DNA of 63,893 nucleotides, counting the filler, from Squatina squatina (taxonomy: Eukaryota), in assembly GCA_031763465.1 (NCBI GenBank). It is 4 parts of 4 records of this genome, joined end to end, with 100 filler letters (N's around TTAATTAATTAA, not from the genome) between each part and the next. Parts side by side here need not be neighbours in the genome. Positions count along the whole stretch, not along the records: positions 37,456 to 50,820 come from JARFOE010000080.1; positions 50,921 to 63,893 come from JARFOE010000120.1; 2 more parts are not named here. One strand, given 5' to 3'. The position numbers and the translations under genes are program-made. Numbering within the stretch: position 1 is the first letter of the stretch; each line of letters starts with the position of its first letter. Positions 49,547 to 63,024 of the stretch are shown here, one piece after another. Under the pieces are notes generated by a model. It was not told the origin of the DNA and made no database searches. It worked only from the letters and a program-made list of their open reading frames with translations.

Positions 49547-50820
49547 AGAAGGAAAAATATATGTGAATTTCATCAATTTTTTTCATTACCTCTGCTCATA
49601 GCAGTGATGTTGTGTCCTGTTTATATACTTGGAGTCCTTGAGCTGATTTACTATTACTCAGCATAGGTCCCTTTAAGTGAAGTCCAGCGTACCAAGTATT
49701 TTGAGACGGCCCACCAAAATGTACAATGTCTTAAATTGATGTGTATCAAGAATTGCAGAGGGGTAATTTTGGTACATATCTCTTTGAAAAGTCTGCCTTT
49801 TTAAAAACCTTCAGAGAATATCATACCATGGGAAATCTAGGACATACTTCTGAAGGTATCCTCAATGAGATTTGCTTCCAGCTTCAACACTAATACAGAC
49901 TGTTTAATATATGTAATTAAGATACTGTGATACATTAACATGTTAAATATAAGACTGAGATACATATTTTAATGCATTTACAATTCAATTTATGTACTTA
50001 GACTGAATTTTGTCAAGTAATCTGCAGATTATCACTGAGAAAATACACCTTTTTAATAGTCAAGCTCACTGTCCAGCTTTACTGTGAACTAAATTATTCA
50101 CCCTGATTTAACTGTCTTGCCTATTGCAGAATTATCCTCTTGTCTAATCTGCTTCTCTATGCAACTTTTAAGAATCAAGTTGTAGTCAATCTTTTGCTCT
50201 GTCAAACTGAACTGAAAACTTCACTGCTTCATCAGGAACATTTTGACCAAAATATTAATTTTAGAAGGAAAACTACAGTAAATATGCACACTTTAAGAAC
50301 TTTATAATTGTGAGAACATTGTGCAATATGTCTTTGTTCTCCCATATATTTGTGCTGAAACCCCTATAAATAGATAAGAGATCTATTTTGATTTATTTGA
50401 CAACTTTTATTGCAGAGATTTGCTTGCCCATTGTGAATTACAACCTATGTTAACTTCAGCAGAAAATGATTCTTTTCCCCTAACACAAAGCATGAAAACT
50501 AATTCAAATAAACTGAGGCCGACTTCCTGGTAATTGTATTCTCAGCTCCTTGCACTGCATTGTGTTGGCATCACACTGTATAAGGCCCAGTTCCAAATAG
50601 TCCATTAATTCATTTAATAGAATATTCAATTCTAAAATATATATTTGTATAACCTTATTAATTTCATTTAAATATATTTATTCACCAAATTAAATATTCC
50701 CATGCAATTTTTGTGTCATATTATTTTGCTTCATATTTTTTTACGAAGCACAACAAAAGCAGGAAACCTGCCGTAAATTTTTTGTCTTACAACGCTCCTG
50801 TGAAGCGCCTTGGGACGTTT

Positions 50821-50920
50821 NNNNNNNNNNNNNNNNNNNNNNNNNNNNNNNNNNNNNNNNNNNNTTAATTAATTAANNNNNNNNNNNNNNNNNNNNNNNN
50901 NNNNNNNNNNNNNNNNNNNN
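50821..50920. other. Artificial scaffold-join spacer
   Basis: TTAATTAATTAA at 50865-50876 inside Ns. Confidence 0.95.
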
Positions 50921-51240
50921 ACATCTGTGCACAGCAGATTGTTCAATACTGAAGATATTCCCTGTGTCCACCTGGAAGGAGCCAGCGGCATAAACTTTGA
51001 GAACATGGTAACCTTGACTGTGGCAACAAGGTCCATCCCTATGGTGGAGGTTGCTGTAGGCTGCCTTGAAATCAGTGCACAGCTCCGTACCTGCCTCTCT
51101 TCAGAACCTGTGCTTGCAGAGGAAGTACTCATGAGTCATCGGCAAGGCATCTGTGTCTGGACCACCAGATATTGTGGGTGGAATATAGGGGTTATGTATA
51201 GGCCACCTCTTGTGCAATCTGACATCCGTGGCATGTCGTC
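50921..51240 (-). mobile_element. Harbinger transposase N-terminal remnant
   Basis: VATVKVTM then frameshift to FYAAGSFQVDTGNIFSIEQSAVHRC, same motif as at 3650-3730. Confidence 0.7.
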
Positions 51241-51304
51241 TTTTTTCCTCTTCATTGTCTTGTATTTCACTCAAGTGAGCACTGAAAGCAATGCTCATAG
51301 CTTT

Positions 51305-51718
51305 CCAGCATTTTAAAATTCTCATCCTTGTTTTCAAATCCCTCCTTGGCCTCGCCGCTCCCTATCTCTAAACTCCTCCAGCCCCACAACCCTTCCCAAG
51401 ATATCTGCACTCCTCTAATTCTGCCCTCTTGAGCATCACTGAAAGTTATCGCTCAATCATTAGCGGCCGTGCCCTCAGCTGCCAAGCCCCTAAGCTCTGG
51501 AATTCCCTGCCTACACCTCTCTGTTTCTCTACCTCTCTTTCCTCCTTCAAGACGCTCCTTAAAACCTACCTCTTAGACCAAGCTTTTGGTCACCTGCCCT
51601 AATTTCTCCTTATGTGCCTCGGTGTCAAATTTTAAAAAATCTCATAATACTCTTATGAAGTGCCTTGGGACGTTTCACTACGTTAAAGGCGCAATATAAA
51701 TACAAGTTGTTGTTGTTT
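51305..51718 (+). mobile_element. L2-clade LINE 3' end
   Basis: FKILILVFKSL.GLA.PYL, LWNSLP, SFKTLLKTYL; tail gtgccttgggacgttt..tacgttaaaggcgc.atataaatacaag(ttg)n. Confidence 0.85.
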
Positions 51719-53183
51719 TGGAGCAGGACCTCAACTCTGCATTTGACTTGTATTGCAACGTACCTTGAGATACTTGATATTGATAGTTGATAGAAAAAGT
51801 GGAAAAACCTTCCATTCCCCATCACTGACATTCCTCATTTGCTGAGCATGAAATTCATACTTTAAAAAAAAATGAAGGAAACAATGTTTTCATTTGCTTT
51901 TGTGGGGAAGTAGTGCACAGTACATGTTCCACGTGAGACAAATGTGAATGTAGTAGAAGCTTCAAAAGTAGTTAACTACTGAAAGGATTAAGTAAATTTC
52001 CAATAAAATGAATGATCAGGGTATCAGTAATGTGTGGATGGTAGAGCTCTGGTTCACTGATGCGCTCCAGGGTGAAGTAACCTAGAATTCCCAGAAGCCA
52101 GTTGAAAATCTATTAACCGAGCATTACAATTAAATGCACTTTGTCAAGGCTGTTAAAAACATTAAGGGCCCTTGTCTGAGAGAGGGTTTGTCTGGCCGAA
52201 TGATGGATGACCAAACTGGTTTATCCTACTGGGCAAGCTTATGTGCTTACAACTGAGACGTGAAGTTGAGCAATATTGTCAGATTCCTTTCAAAATTTTC
52301 AAAGCATCGTGCTTATATAGTAATTGAGTTTCTACACTTAGGTGCTTCTTGCATAAATATGCATGCTTCAGATAATTTGTTTTCCATTTGGAGCTGCTGC
52401 TGACAGTTTTCTTTTCATGTTTCCTGTTAATAATTTGTAACTTATATTTTAAGATTTTTATAATTTAACTTTTATTGCATTGATTAAAAAACATTAACAT
52501 ACATTATATTCACTATCTCCAGTGTACGAGGTAAAAGATACATGTCAGATGTCGTGACAAGTGAATTTACTGAGTGGCAGGGATTGTGAGTGATATTGGG
52601 AACCAATTGTGGGTAGTGGCAGTGGTGCTGGTGCATTTTGCTGTGTTCATTGCAAGTGTTTGTGCCACCACGGCGTTGAGTTATTGGGAAGACCAAAGAC
52701 ATCGTTCTTGGCACCTGACATAAACATTGCTCCTTAGACANNNNNNNNNNNNNNNNNNNNNNNNNNNNNNNNNNNNNNNNNNNNNNNNNNNNNNNNNNNN
52801 NNNNNNNNNNNNNNNNNNNNNNNNNNNNNNNNNNNNNNNNTACGATTGGTCAAGCAGACTACAATGACAGAGTCCCTCTCCATGGTGTTCCCATGGTGCT
52901 GAAGTCCAGCGTTTTCCCCTGTGTTAATCAGTACCCAAGAAAGGAAAACACATTCAATGATCAAAAAAACACTCGCATGCATTGCTTCTTGGTTTGGCAT
53001 TTTACCAACAAGTGCAGAAAAATGTTAGTGCAAATGTCGTGCGACGATGAGTATTGAGATCACATACCCAACAACGGTGTCTGTGACTCCCTATTTATTT
53101 ACGAATCAAAAGTTCAGTGATCCACATCTGGGCTCCCAATTACCCACACGCTAACATGTTAACTAGTGGTTAANNNNNNNNNN

Positions 53184-53330
53184 GGCCAAGGGAAATAAAG
53201 GAATACGGGAACAGGGCAGATAGATTGGATTAGGACTACTGTTCGTGTGGAGGATGAACAGCAACGTGGACTAGTTAAGCTGAATGAACTGTTTCCATTT
53301 TGTAATTTCTATTTAATTCTATGTAATTGA
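53184..53330 (+). mobile_element. CR1 LINE 3' tail
   Basis: gctgaatgaactgtttcc...gtaatttctatttaattctatgtaa tail. Confidence 0.55.
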
Positions 53331-53436
53331 GACAACGTTACTCAAACTAACAGGTGAAGTACAACACAAGGGCCTAAAAAACATCGTAAGCATACAAATA
53401 CACTTTATGATTTAAGCTTTCTATTGAAACCCTCAG

Positions 53437-53587
53437 GACATAACCCCTGACCAACTAACCCTGGAAACCCTGTTAGAGATGACCGATGATGAAGTGTGTG
53501 AAACGGTGAAGAAATACGGAACAAACGGTGAGGAATGTGCCAGATTAAATGCCTCACTATCCTGCCTAAGAAACGTTCATAAATCAG
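53437..53587 (+). CDS. KSR2: Kinase suppressor of Ras 2 exon (CC-SAM region; absent from the ORF track)
   Basis: ctcag acceptor, DITPDQLTLETLLEMTDDEVCETVKKYGTNGEECARLNASLSCLRNVHKS(G), gtgagc donor; 151 nt. Confidence 0.92.
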
Positions 53588-53739
53588 GTGAGCAAACTGT
53601 GTAGTGTAAAGCTGCAATGTACCCAGGGTGAGCACATTGAGGATGGTTGCATTTTATTAGAGAGAGAGTTGTACGTTCTGAAAGCTTTCTTGTTTAATAA
53701 ATATAAGCATTGTGCAGGAAAACATACTTCATTCAGCTC

Positions 53740-53956
53740 TCAGATGGTACAGTGAGTAAAGGTACTGCTCCTTGCACCACTGAGCTATACAGATCTAAGT
53801 TAGCTAATCTTTGCTGGGGCAGTGGTTGGGTTGCTACAGTTGGTATCGGTGTTCCTGGGCTTGGGAAATTCACTCTGGAGTTTCCTGCTTTTGAATGCTA
53901 TTCAGTGGCACCTGCTTGAAAGTGCATGTGGGCAGATTTTGGGTGAGGACAGGATT
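53740..53956 (+). mobile_element. Degenerate SINE, same family as 370-750
   Basis: agttagctaatct...tacagttgg...cctgggcttggga...ttgggtgaggacaggat. Confidence 0.5.
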
Positions 53957-54133
53957 NNNNNNNNNNNNNNNNNNNNNNNNNNNNNNNNNNNNNNNNNNNN
54001 NNNNNNNNNNNNNNNNNNNNNNNNNNNNNNNNNNNNNNNNNNNNNNNNNNNNNNNNTTGAAAAACTGATGGCAGGAACATCCAAAATCATCCTTAGATTA
54101 AAAGAAAATGAAACAAAAGAGTACCCATAGCAA

Positions 54134-54343
54134 GGTGAATTTCATCTGAACCAGACAGCTTAGGCATTCGCCAGCAACTTCCATGGGGGTTATCCCAAAC
54201 ATCCATCGTAACTTTGGCAGAAGATCAGCGGAAACCCTGGAGAAATAGCATAAATGGCCGTTTGCATAAAATCTCTGGGTTTTCTGCTGATCTTTCACTA
54301 AAGTTACGACGGGTGATCGGGGAATCCCATGGAAATTCTACCC
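54134..54343. repeat. Foldback (palindromic) MITE
   Basis: Arms ttccatggg/cccatggaa and tcgtaactttggcagaagatcagcggaaacc/ggttttctgctgatctttcactaaagttacga; termini ggtgaattt and aaattctaccc. Confidence 0.7.
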
Positions 54344-54739
54344 TGAAAAGTTTAAGTACTTCAATAATTCTTACATCATTTCCATACGGCTGCATCCTGG
54401 TATAATTTGAAAGATCTCAATCTCCACTATCAAATTCCGGGGGATCTCATTGTTTTCATATTTGGTGGATTTAATGAGTATCTCATGTTTTTGAATTGCA
54501 GGGAGTAGCCACTCCAGCCAGGACTGGGCTATCCAGTGGCCTACAACAGAAACTGGGAAAGAGAATACTCCTGTCAGCCAAGCAGAACCTGTCCAGTGGC
54601 CTGGATGCCATATCGCACACAGTCCCAAGTTCCCATCAAAGTTCATGCAGCAAGACTTCCATTCGCCTTCCCGATTATCTGCTGCACATTTAAGCGAGCT
54701 TTCTGCGTTTCATAAACGAGGACGCCGACTCATTTTCTG

Positions 54740-54944
54740 CTGCACCTTTCACAGTTTTTCTTCATTTAATTAATACTCTATTTTATCGTCCTTCATTCCA
54801 AAATTAAGAACTTCACATTTTTCCACATTCTTCTCCATTCGCCAATGTTTTGCCCACGCACTTAGCCTATCGATATCTCTCTGTAAACGGTTTGTATCCT
54901 CCTCACAACTTGCCTTCCCACCTATTTTTGTATTGTCTGCAAAT
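54740..54944 (-). mobile_element. CR1 LINE RT fragment
   Basis: Minus strand FADNTKIGGKASCEEDTNRLQRDIDRLSAWAKHWR. Confidence 0.85.
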
Positions 54945-55045
54945 NNNNNNNNNNNNNNNNNNNNNNNNNNNNNNNNNNNNNNNNNNNNNNNNNNNNNNNN
55001 NNNNNNNNNNNNNNNNNNNNNNNNNNNNNNNNNNNNNNNNNNNNT

Positions 55046-55356
55046 GCAGAGAGACTGACCATTGGAGATCCGATTGGACTTTACCCTACATTAGAGACTG
55101 GACCAAGTTCCCTGCCACCATCTCCACGACAACGGCATCCTATTCATACTCCTCCCCGAACCCCTCCTCTCGTGACGACAATGACACCTCCAGGAACACC
55201 ACCGGTGAGGAGAAGGAACAAGTTGAAACCACCTGGAACTCCTCCACCAACTTCTCGCAAACTGATTCATCTCATCCCTGGCTTCACTGCACTACACCGA
55301 AGTAAATCACATGAGTTCCAGCTCGGAAACCGGGTGGAAGAAACACAAACCCCAAA
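55046..55356 (+). CDS. KSR2: KSR2 exon (proline-rich CA2 region), 5' part lost in a gap
   Basis: [103 protein letters not shown](K); gtaagt donor. Confidence 0.93.
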
Positions 55357-55724
55357 GTAAGTTAAACACTCTTAATGAATTACTCTTTCTCTTAGAACTT
55401 TATGTTTTGACCACCGACTGTGTTATCTCAAGAATGCCATCTTAATACTAAAGCATTTAAGATGAAATTAATTTAATCTAAATAAGGGACTCTGTCCTGA
55501 TTGCACCAAAAACCAAATGCTTAAATAGTTCGATCTGGCTGTTTGAGCTGAAAGGAGTAATTCTGGCAGAGAGACGGGGTTTGGGACAGCTAAGGCTCTT
55601 TTATATGATTGTAGTGATTCAATGATGAGTGGATTCCGAACAGCTAAAAAGGTAAACTTATAGTACCTGTTCAGCTGATGGCAGTGGAGACCCAATTTAT
55701 CCCGATTCCTGATCTGCCACCAAT

Positions 55725-56073
55725 AGGGTTTTGATAGCGTAAATAAAAAGACACTGTTACCAGTGGCAGAAGAGTCAGTAACCAGAGAACACAGATTTAA
55801 GGTAATTGGCAAAGGAAGCAGAGGCGAGTTGAGGAAAATTTGGTTTACGCAATGAGTTGTTACAATCTGGAATGCGCTGCCTGAAAAGGTGGTGGAGGCA
55901 GATTTAATAATAACTTTCAAAGGGGAATTGGATAAATACTTGAAGGGGAAATATTTGCAGGGCTATGGGGAAAGGACAGGGGAGTGGGACTAACTGGATA
56001 TGTCTTTCAAAGAGCTGGCACAGGATTGATGGGCTGAATGGCTTCCTTCTGTGCTGTATCATTCTATGGTTCT
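55725..56073 (+). mobile_element. CR1 LINE 3' end
   Basis: gtaaccagagaacacagatttaaggtaattggc (also at 37310), atctggaatgcgctgcctg, gatgggctgaatggcttccttctgtgctgtatcattctatggttcta. Confidence 0.88.
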
Positions 56074-56739
56074 AGGAATACTGTCTGGCTCATCCTTAGA
56101 CTGCAGCATACTTGCTTCAGGACATAAAATTACATAATGTTGCACATAGTGTGGCACATGAAGTAGACAAGCTTCCTAATCGGTGTGTTGATTCTTTTTT
56201 TACATTGGAAGACAATCACGGAAGAACAGGTCTCAGTTTAATAAATCTCCAACAGGTCCAGAAAAAGCTCAGGTTGGTAATAAACATGGAGCAGCAGTGC
56301 ACAAGAGGTTGGTTTGGCACTATCCTCACAAAACCCAGGGTGAGTATGTAAGCACCTCTTGTGTGACAGAGCCTGGATTAACTTTGTTGGGAAAGCTTTG
56401 TTCGATTAAACACGTGCTCAGGAGCCTTTCTAGACTGGTTCACTTATTTAGTGAAGTGAAATGGGGGAAGCAGCTGGCTTCATAACTCTGCAGCCGGAGG
56501 TCACATTCCGAGCACAGAAAGGCACTCTCACCTGTGAAGCACGAATGTGATTTTTGATTGTCAGGTGGATGTGGATGAATGACAGTCAGACAAGGGCCTG
56601 CTTGACCTGAAGCCACTGAGCAGCACACAGACTTCAGGCTGTGGAAAAGTTTCAGGCCAGTCCACTCAATCAATGAGAAGCGACAGATGAAGATTTTCAA
56701 TCATGCGATCATGTCAGTCCACAGAATTGAGTTCAGTCA

Positions 56740-57281
56740 TCACAAGATAACGGCAGACGAGGAAGGCCATTTGGCCCTCCTTGATCATCTATCCATAGAA
56801 TCCTAACCCACCCCTCATTGTAATATCAAATTGTTTCTTCAATGATCCCAGGGTTTCTGCTTTCTCTACTGTATCTAGAAGTTTATTCCACATATTACTC
56901 AATTTTTTGAAGAATAATTTCCTAATATCAGTCCGAAGAATTTTTTTAAAGTAATATTCTGGCTTAACATTTTCTATAACTGTAACAATCGTGTAGTACT
57001 CACCTCTGAAGGTGTCTCCTTTCCAGGCTGCAAGTTTCCCAAGTTTCTCCTGTTCTTTCCTCATAACTCAGACCCCAACACTGCAGATCAATCAGGCTTG
57101 TGACTTTTCTCCATACTGCCTCCAGTCCGTGAATGTCTCTTTAACTTCTTGGTGACCAGAACTGGATGCGGTATGGAGAAAAGTCACAAAGAGTGTCATA
57201 GAACATAGAAAAATACAGCACATAACAGGCCCTTCGGCCCACGATGTTGTGCCGAACCTTTGTCCCAGATCAGAAAACAAA
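56740..57281 (-). mobile_element. Old CR1 fragment with a younger CR1 3' tail nested at 57197-57281
   Basis: RTDIRKLFF..LSNMWNKL; ccgcatccagttctggtcacc; abrupt switch to catagaacatagaaaaatacagcacataacaggcccttcggccca. Confidence 0.7.
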
Positions 57282-57381
57282 NNNNNNNNNNNNNNNNNNN
57301 NNNNNNNNNNNNNNNNNNNNNNNNNNNNNNNNNNNNNNNNNNNNNNNNNNNNNNNNNNNNNNNNNNNNNNNNNNNNNNNNN

Positions 57382-57770
57382 TATACGCTGTTAAAACCTT
57401 TCATAACTTTAAAGACCTCAATTAGATCACCCCTCAGCCTTCTTTTTTCAAGCGAAAAAAGACCCAGCCTGTTCATCCTTTCCTGATATGTACCCTCGCA
57501 TTTCTGGTATCATCCTTGTAAATCTTCTCTGCATACTACCCCTATACCCTTTTTATAATATGGCGACCAGAACTGTACGTAGTACTCTAAGTGTGTCAAA
57601 CTAAGGTTCGATACAATTTTAGCATAACTTTACTACTTTTCAATTCTATCCTGCTAGAAATAAACCCAAGTGTTTGGTTTGGTTATTTTATGGCCTTGGT
57701 AACCTGTGTTGCTACTCTTAGTGATTTGTACTCCAAGATCTCTTTGCTCCTCTACCCCATTGAGATTCTT
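57382..57770 (-). mobile_element. CR1 LINE fragment
   Basis: [27 protein letters not shown]. Confidence 0.9.
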
Positions 57771-59159
57771 ACTTGTCTCTTTCTTTCCCCAAACCTCAAA
57801 AAGTTTTCTTTCTCCCTTCTCTTCTGTTCCTCTTGCAATCTACAGGCCTTTAAAACAAAATCCAGGTATGAAGTCACCATTAGCTGATTTATCTCCTCTT
57901 TTTCGTTACTCTTTTAATGGTCTCCCTCACTATGGGCTTCTCAGTCATTTAAAACAATAACAGAGGGTTCTTCTGGCCTGCCAATGCATGATTCAAAAAG
58001 GATCTCTTCTGTAAAATGTCATAATCCTGTGAAGTTATTTCTCAATTGTCAGTAATGATCTAGTATGACTGGTGGCCGACCACCATGAAAACAGGAAATA
58101 AGATGCTATAATTATTTAAACACTAAAGTATCATAAATCATGCTGCTGCAGCCAGACAAAACAAATCTGATTTTATGTAACATTACATTGCCTCACACAG
58201 GAAGGATAGATTTCAGGCAACTCTGATTTATATAAGTGTATACAAAATTAGAAAATAAAATGAATGTCAGAGCCCATTTTTCTTTTAAAGCTGAATACTT
58301 TTTTTTCATGAAATTTGCACTCAATTTGTGCACGTGTAAGACATGTTAGATGGGTTTTAAGACCCATTTATACTCTAGAAACTGGACACCTTTACTGCAA
58401 CTTTCCAACCTAGTTTTATCCTGATTTGATATGTGCCAGCAGCAACTCCAGAAACTGCACATTTATCTCCCGTTGATGCTCTTTTCTTTACATAGGTTTG
58501 AATTAGAATGGTTGCAGGTTCGTTGAAGCTTAATATATTCCCTTTATTTTTTTGTGATTGGGAGATGCAAGTGTAGCCTTTTTGTGAGCTCCAAGATCCA
58601 ATCAAATAAAGTTAAAAGAAACTTTATATTCACATTCTATGCATATCAGGACAATACTTTTGCATGCTATTAATAATGAAACTATATGCACTTAAAATAT
58701 AATTGAAATGTTGCTGGTTATGGAGTATCCCTGAAGATCCCTAATTCATGAGATATAAATCAGCTGTTTGCCATTTATCATAATTTTACACTTGAAGCTT
58801 TCCTACCAGGCCATCTCTCATCTTCTGAAGATGACAATGTTAAATTGTAATAGAAAGTTCTGCAAGTTTTGCCAATTTAGCTGAAAGTTCAAAAAACTAG
58901 AAGGTCCATGTTTTGTCTTTTAACTCTTTTGATCTTAGTAAATTTATTTTACTTAAAAAATCCTCATAATACCNNNNNNNNNNNNNNNNNNNNNNNNNNN
59001 NNNNNNNNNNNNNNNNNNNNNNNNNNNNNNNNNNNNNNNNNNNNNNNNNNNNNNNNNNNNNNNNNNNNNNNNNTTCAACCCTCACTGGATCAACTGCTTC
59101 TGTTCAACAGCAAGTACCCATGAATGAACACAATGAGACTGATCAAGACAGATTAAAAC

Positions 59160-61259
59160 ATTTATTGACAACCTAATCTAACAACATTACAACTAACTAA
59201 TCACCACCCTTCTGTGAGACCTTACCACCCTTCTTAATCACACCCAGCCTAACACTTCTCCGCAGTGGGGTGGATGTGGGTTCAGAATGGCTCGGGCCAG
59301 GCTGCTGTGAGTCAGAAGCCGTTGGCACAGATAGCTCATTGGGCACCCTCGGGGAGTTTTGACCCGAGATGGGTCAGCTTCAGGCTGCGGTACCACAATT
59401 GAAGGTTGCGCAGGCTGGGGTGAGCCGGTCACAGGCATGAGCTGCATCGATGGCAGAGAGCCGCTGCCATGACCAGGACTGAAACCATGCTGAAGAAGAG
59501 CAGCAGGCTTCTCATCGGAGGAATCAGTGACGCTCCTCCGGGGCAGTACATCAGCAGCTGCACCAGTCGGTGTGATCACAGACTGCTGCTCTTCAATTGT
59601 ACCGGTGTACCCCCAGTGACCTGTCATGGACCCAGTTGCGATGGTTGCAGTCAGTGCTCGCATGGCATAGCTGAGACTGGTGGAGAGCGAAATCTTCCCG
59701 GATGCCAGCTGACATGTCCCGCATGGCACTAGCACCCTCATGCTGCAACACGTTCTGAATCTGTATGAATACAGACAGATAATGGTTTGCGGCAGATGGT
59801 GCTTCCACAGCAGCAGCAAGCCATTGCGTGGCCTCGGCCTGTGCCGCGATGGCTGATGCCACATCGCCCATGACAGTTATCATGGCTGCTGGATCCTGAT
59901 GTTCCATGTGAGACTCTACCATGGAATGCATGCTCCCAATGATAGATCTGAAGGACTGTACGGAACTCTCGATGATGCGAGATGCAAACTCCTCTGAACA
60001 TCTCAGCACCTCACCGAGCATCTCTGGCAGCCTTGCAATCGCTGCAGTTATTTCCTCATGCATTGTCATGTCCATTTGTGGGACATTTCTCCAGCGAGGT
60101 CCTCATCTGCACGATACCCAGCAGTGCTGACTGGCCAAGTGACCTGCCGGACACTTCCCACACCAGCTTCCCAGCCTTTTCCCCCTCCTGTACCCCACTG
60201 GGACCCTGTGCATCACCGTGTGTCACCTGAGGCTCATCTCTCCCCTTTAAAGAATGCGATGTGCAAGGATCAGAGCTGGCACGTAATGGAGGAGTATGAT
60301 GTGACAGTGCTTGTGCCACTTACAGTTCTTGACACTGCCCCTCCTCCCCTGCCTATGCCTCCTCCTTCTCCCACCACTCCTCATCAGACGCTGCCTCTTC
60401 CTCAGGTTGCTCAGGTGTCTGAAATGAGAGGTGGGGCGATGCTGAGGCTTCTGAGGACTGAGTGGCCACATTAGAAGGCCCAGCTACTTCAGGAGAGGCC
60501 ACGGTTTCTGCAAGACACAATGGAATACAAGGGAAATAAAGGTTATGCCCCTAGGCAGATCTGAGGGTAAGACTACAGATCAGCAGACTTCACTTCTTGA
60601 TGGACACAGGGCAAACAGCAATAGTGAGTGCCAAGTGACTGTGGTCTTATTCACCTTCCACTTCAGGGTGCATCGCGACACCCCCTCTAGCCACAGGCTC
60701 TCCCGTATCCTCCCTGATGATGTGGGCCACATTATGCTCCAGCTCCATTAGCTCCACCACCACCCCCAATTGTCCACCAGCCCTGTTGCGATTTGCCCTG
60801 ATGGATGCGAGTTTGGCTTGCATATACAAGGATAATTTCATTAATCCATACCATTCGCAATCAATTGCCCACCTCATATCATAGGCACCAGGCGTCTCAT
60901 GGAGACTGTAGTGTGCAAAATGCAACATTTTAGTATAAGCACCTAGTTACAAATGGTTTAAATATGGGACAACACATATCAGACTTGTGAAAAAGAGTTG
61001 GCACATGTTTAAATAGTCAAACTCACCCTTAAAATCCAAGTGAGATCATTACATTTTTTCCAGCACTGAGTCCCACTCCTCGGAGCTACANNNNNNNNNN
61101 GACCTCCCTCCAAGAGCATCTCACCATGCGTGTGCTGCCCCTTCTTCCTCCATGGCCAAACAGAGTATGCGCCCTTCTGGAGACCGATTCCACCAGTGTA
61201 TCAAGGGCTGGTTCAGAAAATTTCCGAGCTCTTGCCCTCCTCTCCGTCTCAGCAGCCAT
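59160..61259 (-). mobile_element. Spliced Harbinger Myb/SANT-like gene remnant (3 exons: 61027-61259, about 60655-60817, 60507 downward)
   Basis: MAAETERRARARKFSEPALDTLVESV...WREV...APRSGTQCWKKCNDL then gtgagt; AKLASIRANRNRAGG... then gtgaat; ttgcag acceptor at 60508-60509; acidic and Ser/Pro-rich tail; AATAAA at 59161-59166. Confidence 0.75.
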
Positions 61260-62859
61260 TTTACAGTTTCTACTATGCACAACAAAATTGCTGGATTTCT
61301 ATTAGAAAATGACACTTACCCCCTCTCCGACTGACCAAAGCAGTGTCTGTGTTTGAAATCCTGCCACCTTTATGGGCTGTGCTGGGCTGAGAGTTGATTG
61401 CTGGCAATTAGATAGTTTGTGCAATTGGCCTGCTGTGCAATTGGAAATGCGTCTAAGAGAATGAGTGCCCATGAGTGAATGATTAACGCTGAAATTACCA
61501 CGGATTTTTTAAAGTGTCAGAATTTTTTTTTCAATCACTCCAATTCCACGACTTAAAGGACCAGTGCTAAATGGGCACTAAAATAACACATTTTGGTCTC
61601 ATATAGCCACCAACTTAAAAAAGACCAATTATGCACCCACGGTATGTTTGCAAGTAGAAGGGTTCAGTTCTGTTAAAATAATCTATTCAGTATGCTTGAG
61701 GATTTAAAAATTAGCAGTACTACAGATGTTGGATTCTCAAAAGAAAAGGCAATGAAATCACTCAAAGAAAAACTATCTGCATTTGACTGGCTGATTATAC
61801 AATGTGACTAGAGGAATCTTAACTTCTATATAACATGGGGATTCGTTAGATATTTTTATATAGTTAACATTTGCTGAATAAGTTAACACATTTCTATTTT
61901 TAATAATGCAGGTTATACACATGTGATATGATATAAAAAAACCTTTGCAGTGTTAGCTGTTAAATACTGTTGAGTGTGTCACTGGTGGTTACTGTTCCTC
62001 AATGCTTTGTTTCTGTATGAATTTACTTTTAAATGAGCTAAACATACTTGTCTCCTAAGTAATGAGAGTAATGCTGCTCCCTTATAAATAGAATATAGAT
62101 TTTCACTAAGCCTTGCCAAAAGACGTTGTTTACCCAAATGGCATGATGGGATGGAAGATACAACAGGCTGTGTTATCACATAATAATCAACATTAAAGAA
62201 GTTGGAATCTGTGGCTGTTACTAAGTCACATCAAAGCTGATTACCACCGTAACATTCAGTCTTAAGTAAGGACAGAAGGGAGAGAGGAGCATTGAAGTGT
62301 AGCAAGGATGAACTAATTCTTTGCATCATCCATTCCTTTTAATGAAAAGCATTGCATCTTCAAAAGGCAAGAAATTGAAGGCATGATTATGAATTTATAT
62401 GAGTATTTACGTGCTTCCAGTGTTGACGCCTGGAATTCTCTCGTTGCCCATGCATATTTGATTTATTAAGCCTGAATGTTTGTGGTAATAGCGCTGATAT
62501 CATTAAGCATGCACTCCGACAGATTCAACAGGGCATCGTGATGTCAGTGCAGGTTGTGTGATTGGGGAAATGGGCTTCTGTGTTCGTTTTATGGCTCTTT
62601 GTAATTATTGAAACTTATTGTGTTTTTAATTTAAAAAACTATGGCTTGCAAAATCAAATGTAGTAGCACATTTAATCATCTCAAGTCTACACTGTATCTT
62701 TCCCCAAAAGAAGTAGGTATTCATTCTGACTGAAAACCAAAAGAAAATAATTTAGCAGTGGTTTTAGGGAGCATCCATTCTTCTTTTAACTTACTCAGGT
62801 GTTTCTCACAAGGTTTTCAGATTAAATCTATAAACTGTGGCATAGATTTTCATCTTTAT

Positions 62860-63024
62860 TGCCTGGATGTCAATGAGTTGCAGCCCGATCAACGCACAAG
62901 AAGCTCAACACCATCCAGGACAAAGCAGTCCACTTGATTGGCACCCCATCCACCAGCTTAAACCTCCATTCCCTCCAACACCAGCGTGCTGTGGTTGCAG
63001 TGTGTACTATCTACAGGATGCACT
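62860..63024 (+). mobile_element. LINE (CR1/L2 group) ORF2 fragment
   Basis: KKLNTIQDKAVHLIGTPSTSLNLHSLQHQRAVVAVCTIYRMH. Confidence 0.75.

Noticed and set aside
54850-55305. 151-aa Ser/Thr-rich ORF
   Set aside because: Wrong-frame reading of the KSR2 exon fused across a gap to an antisense CR1 fragment
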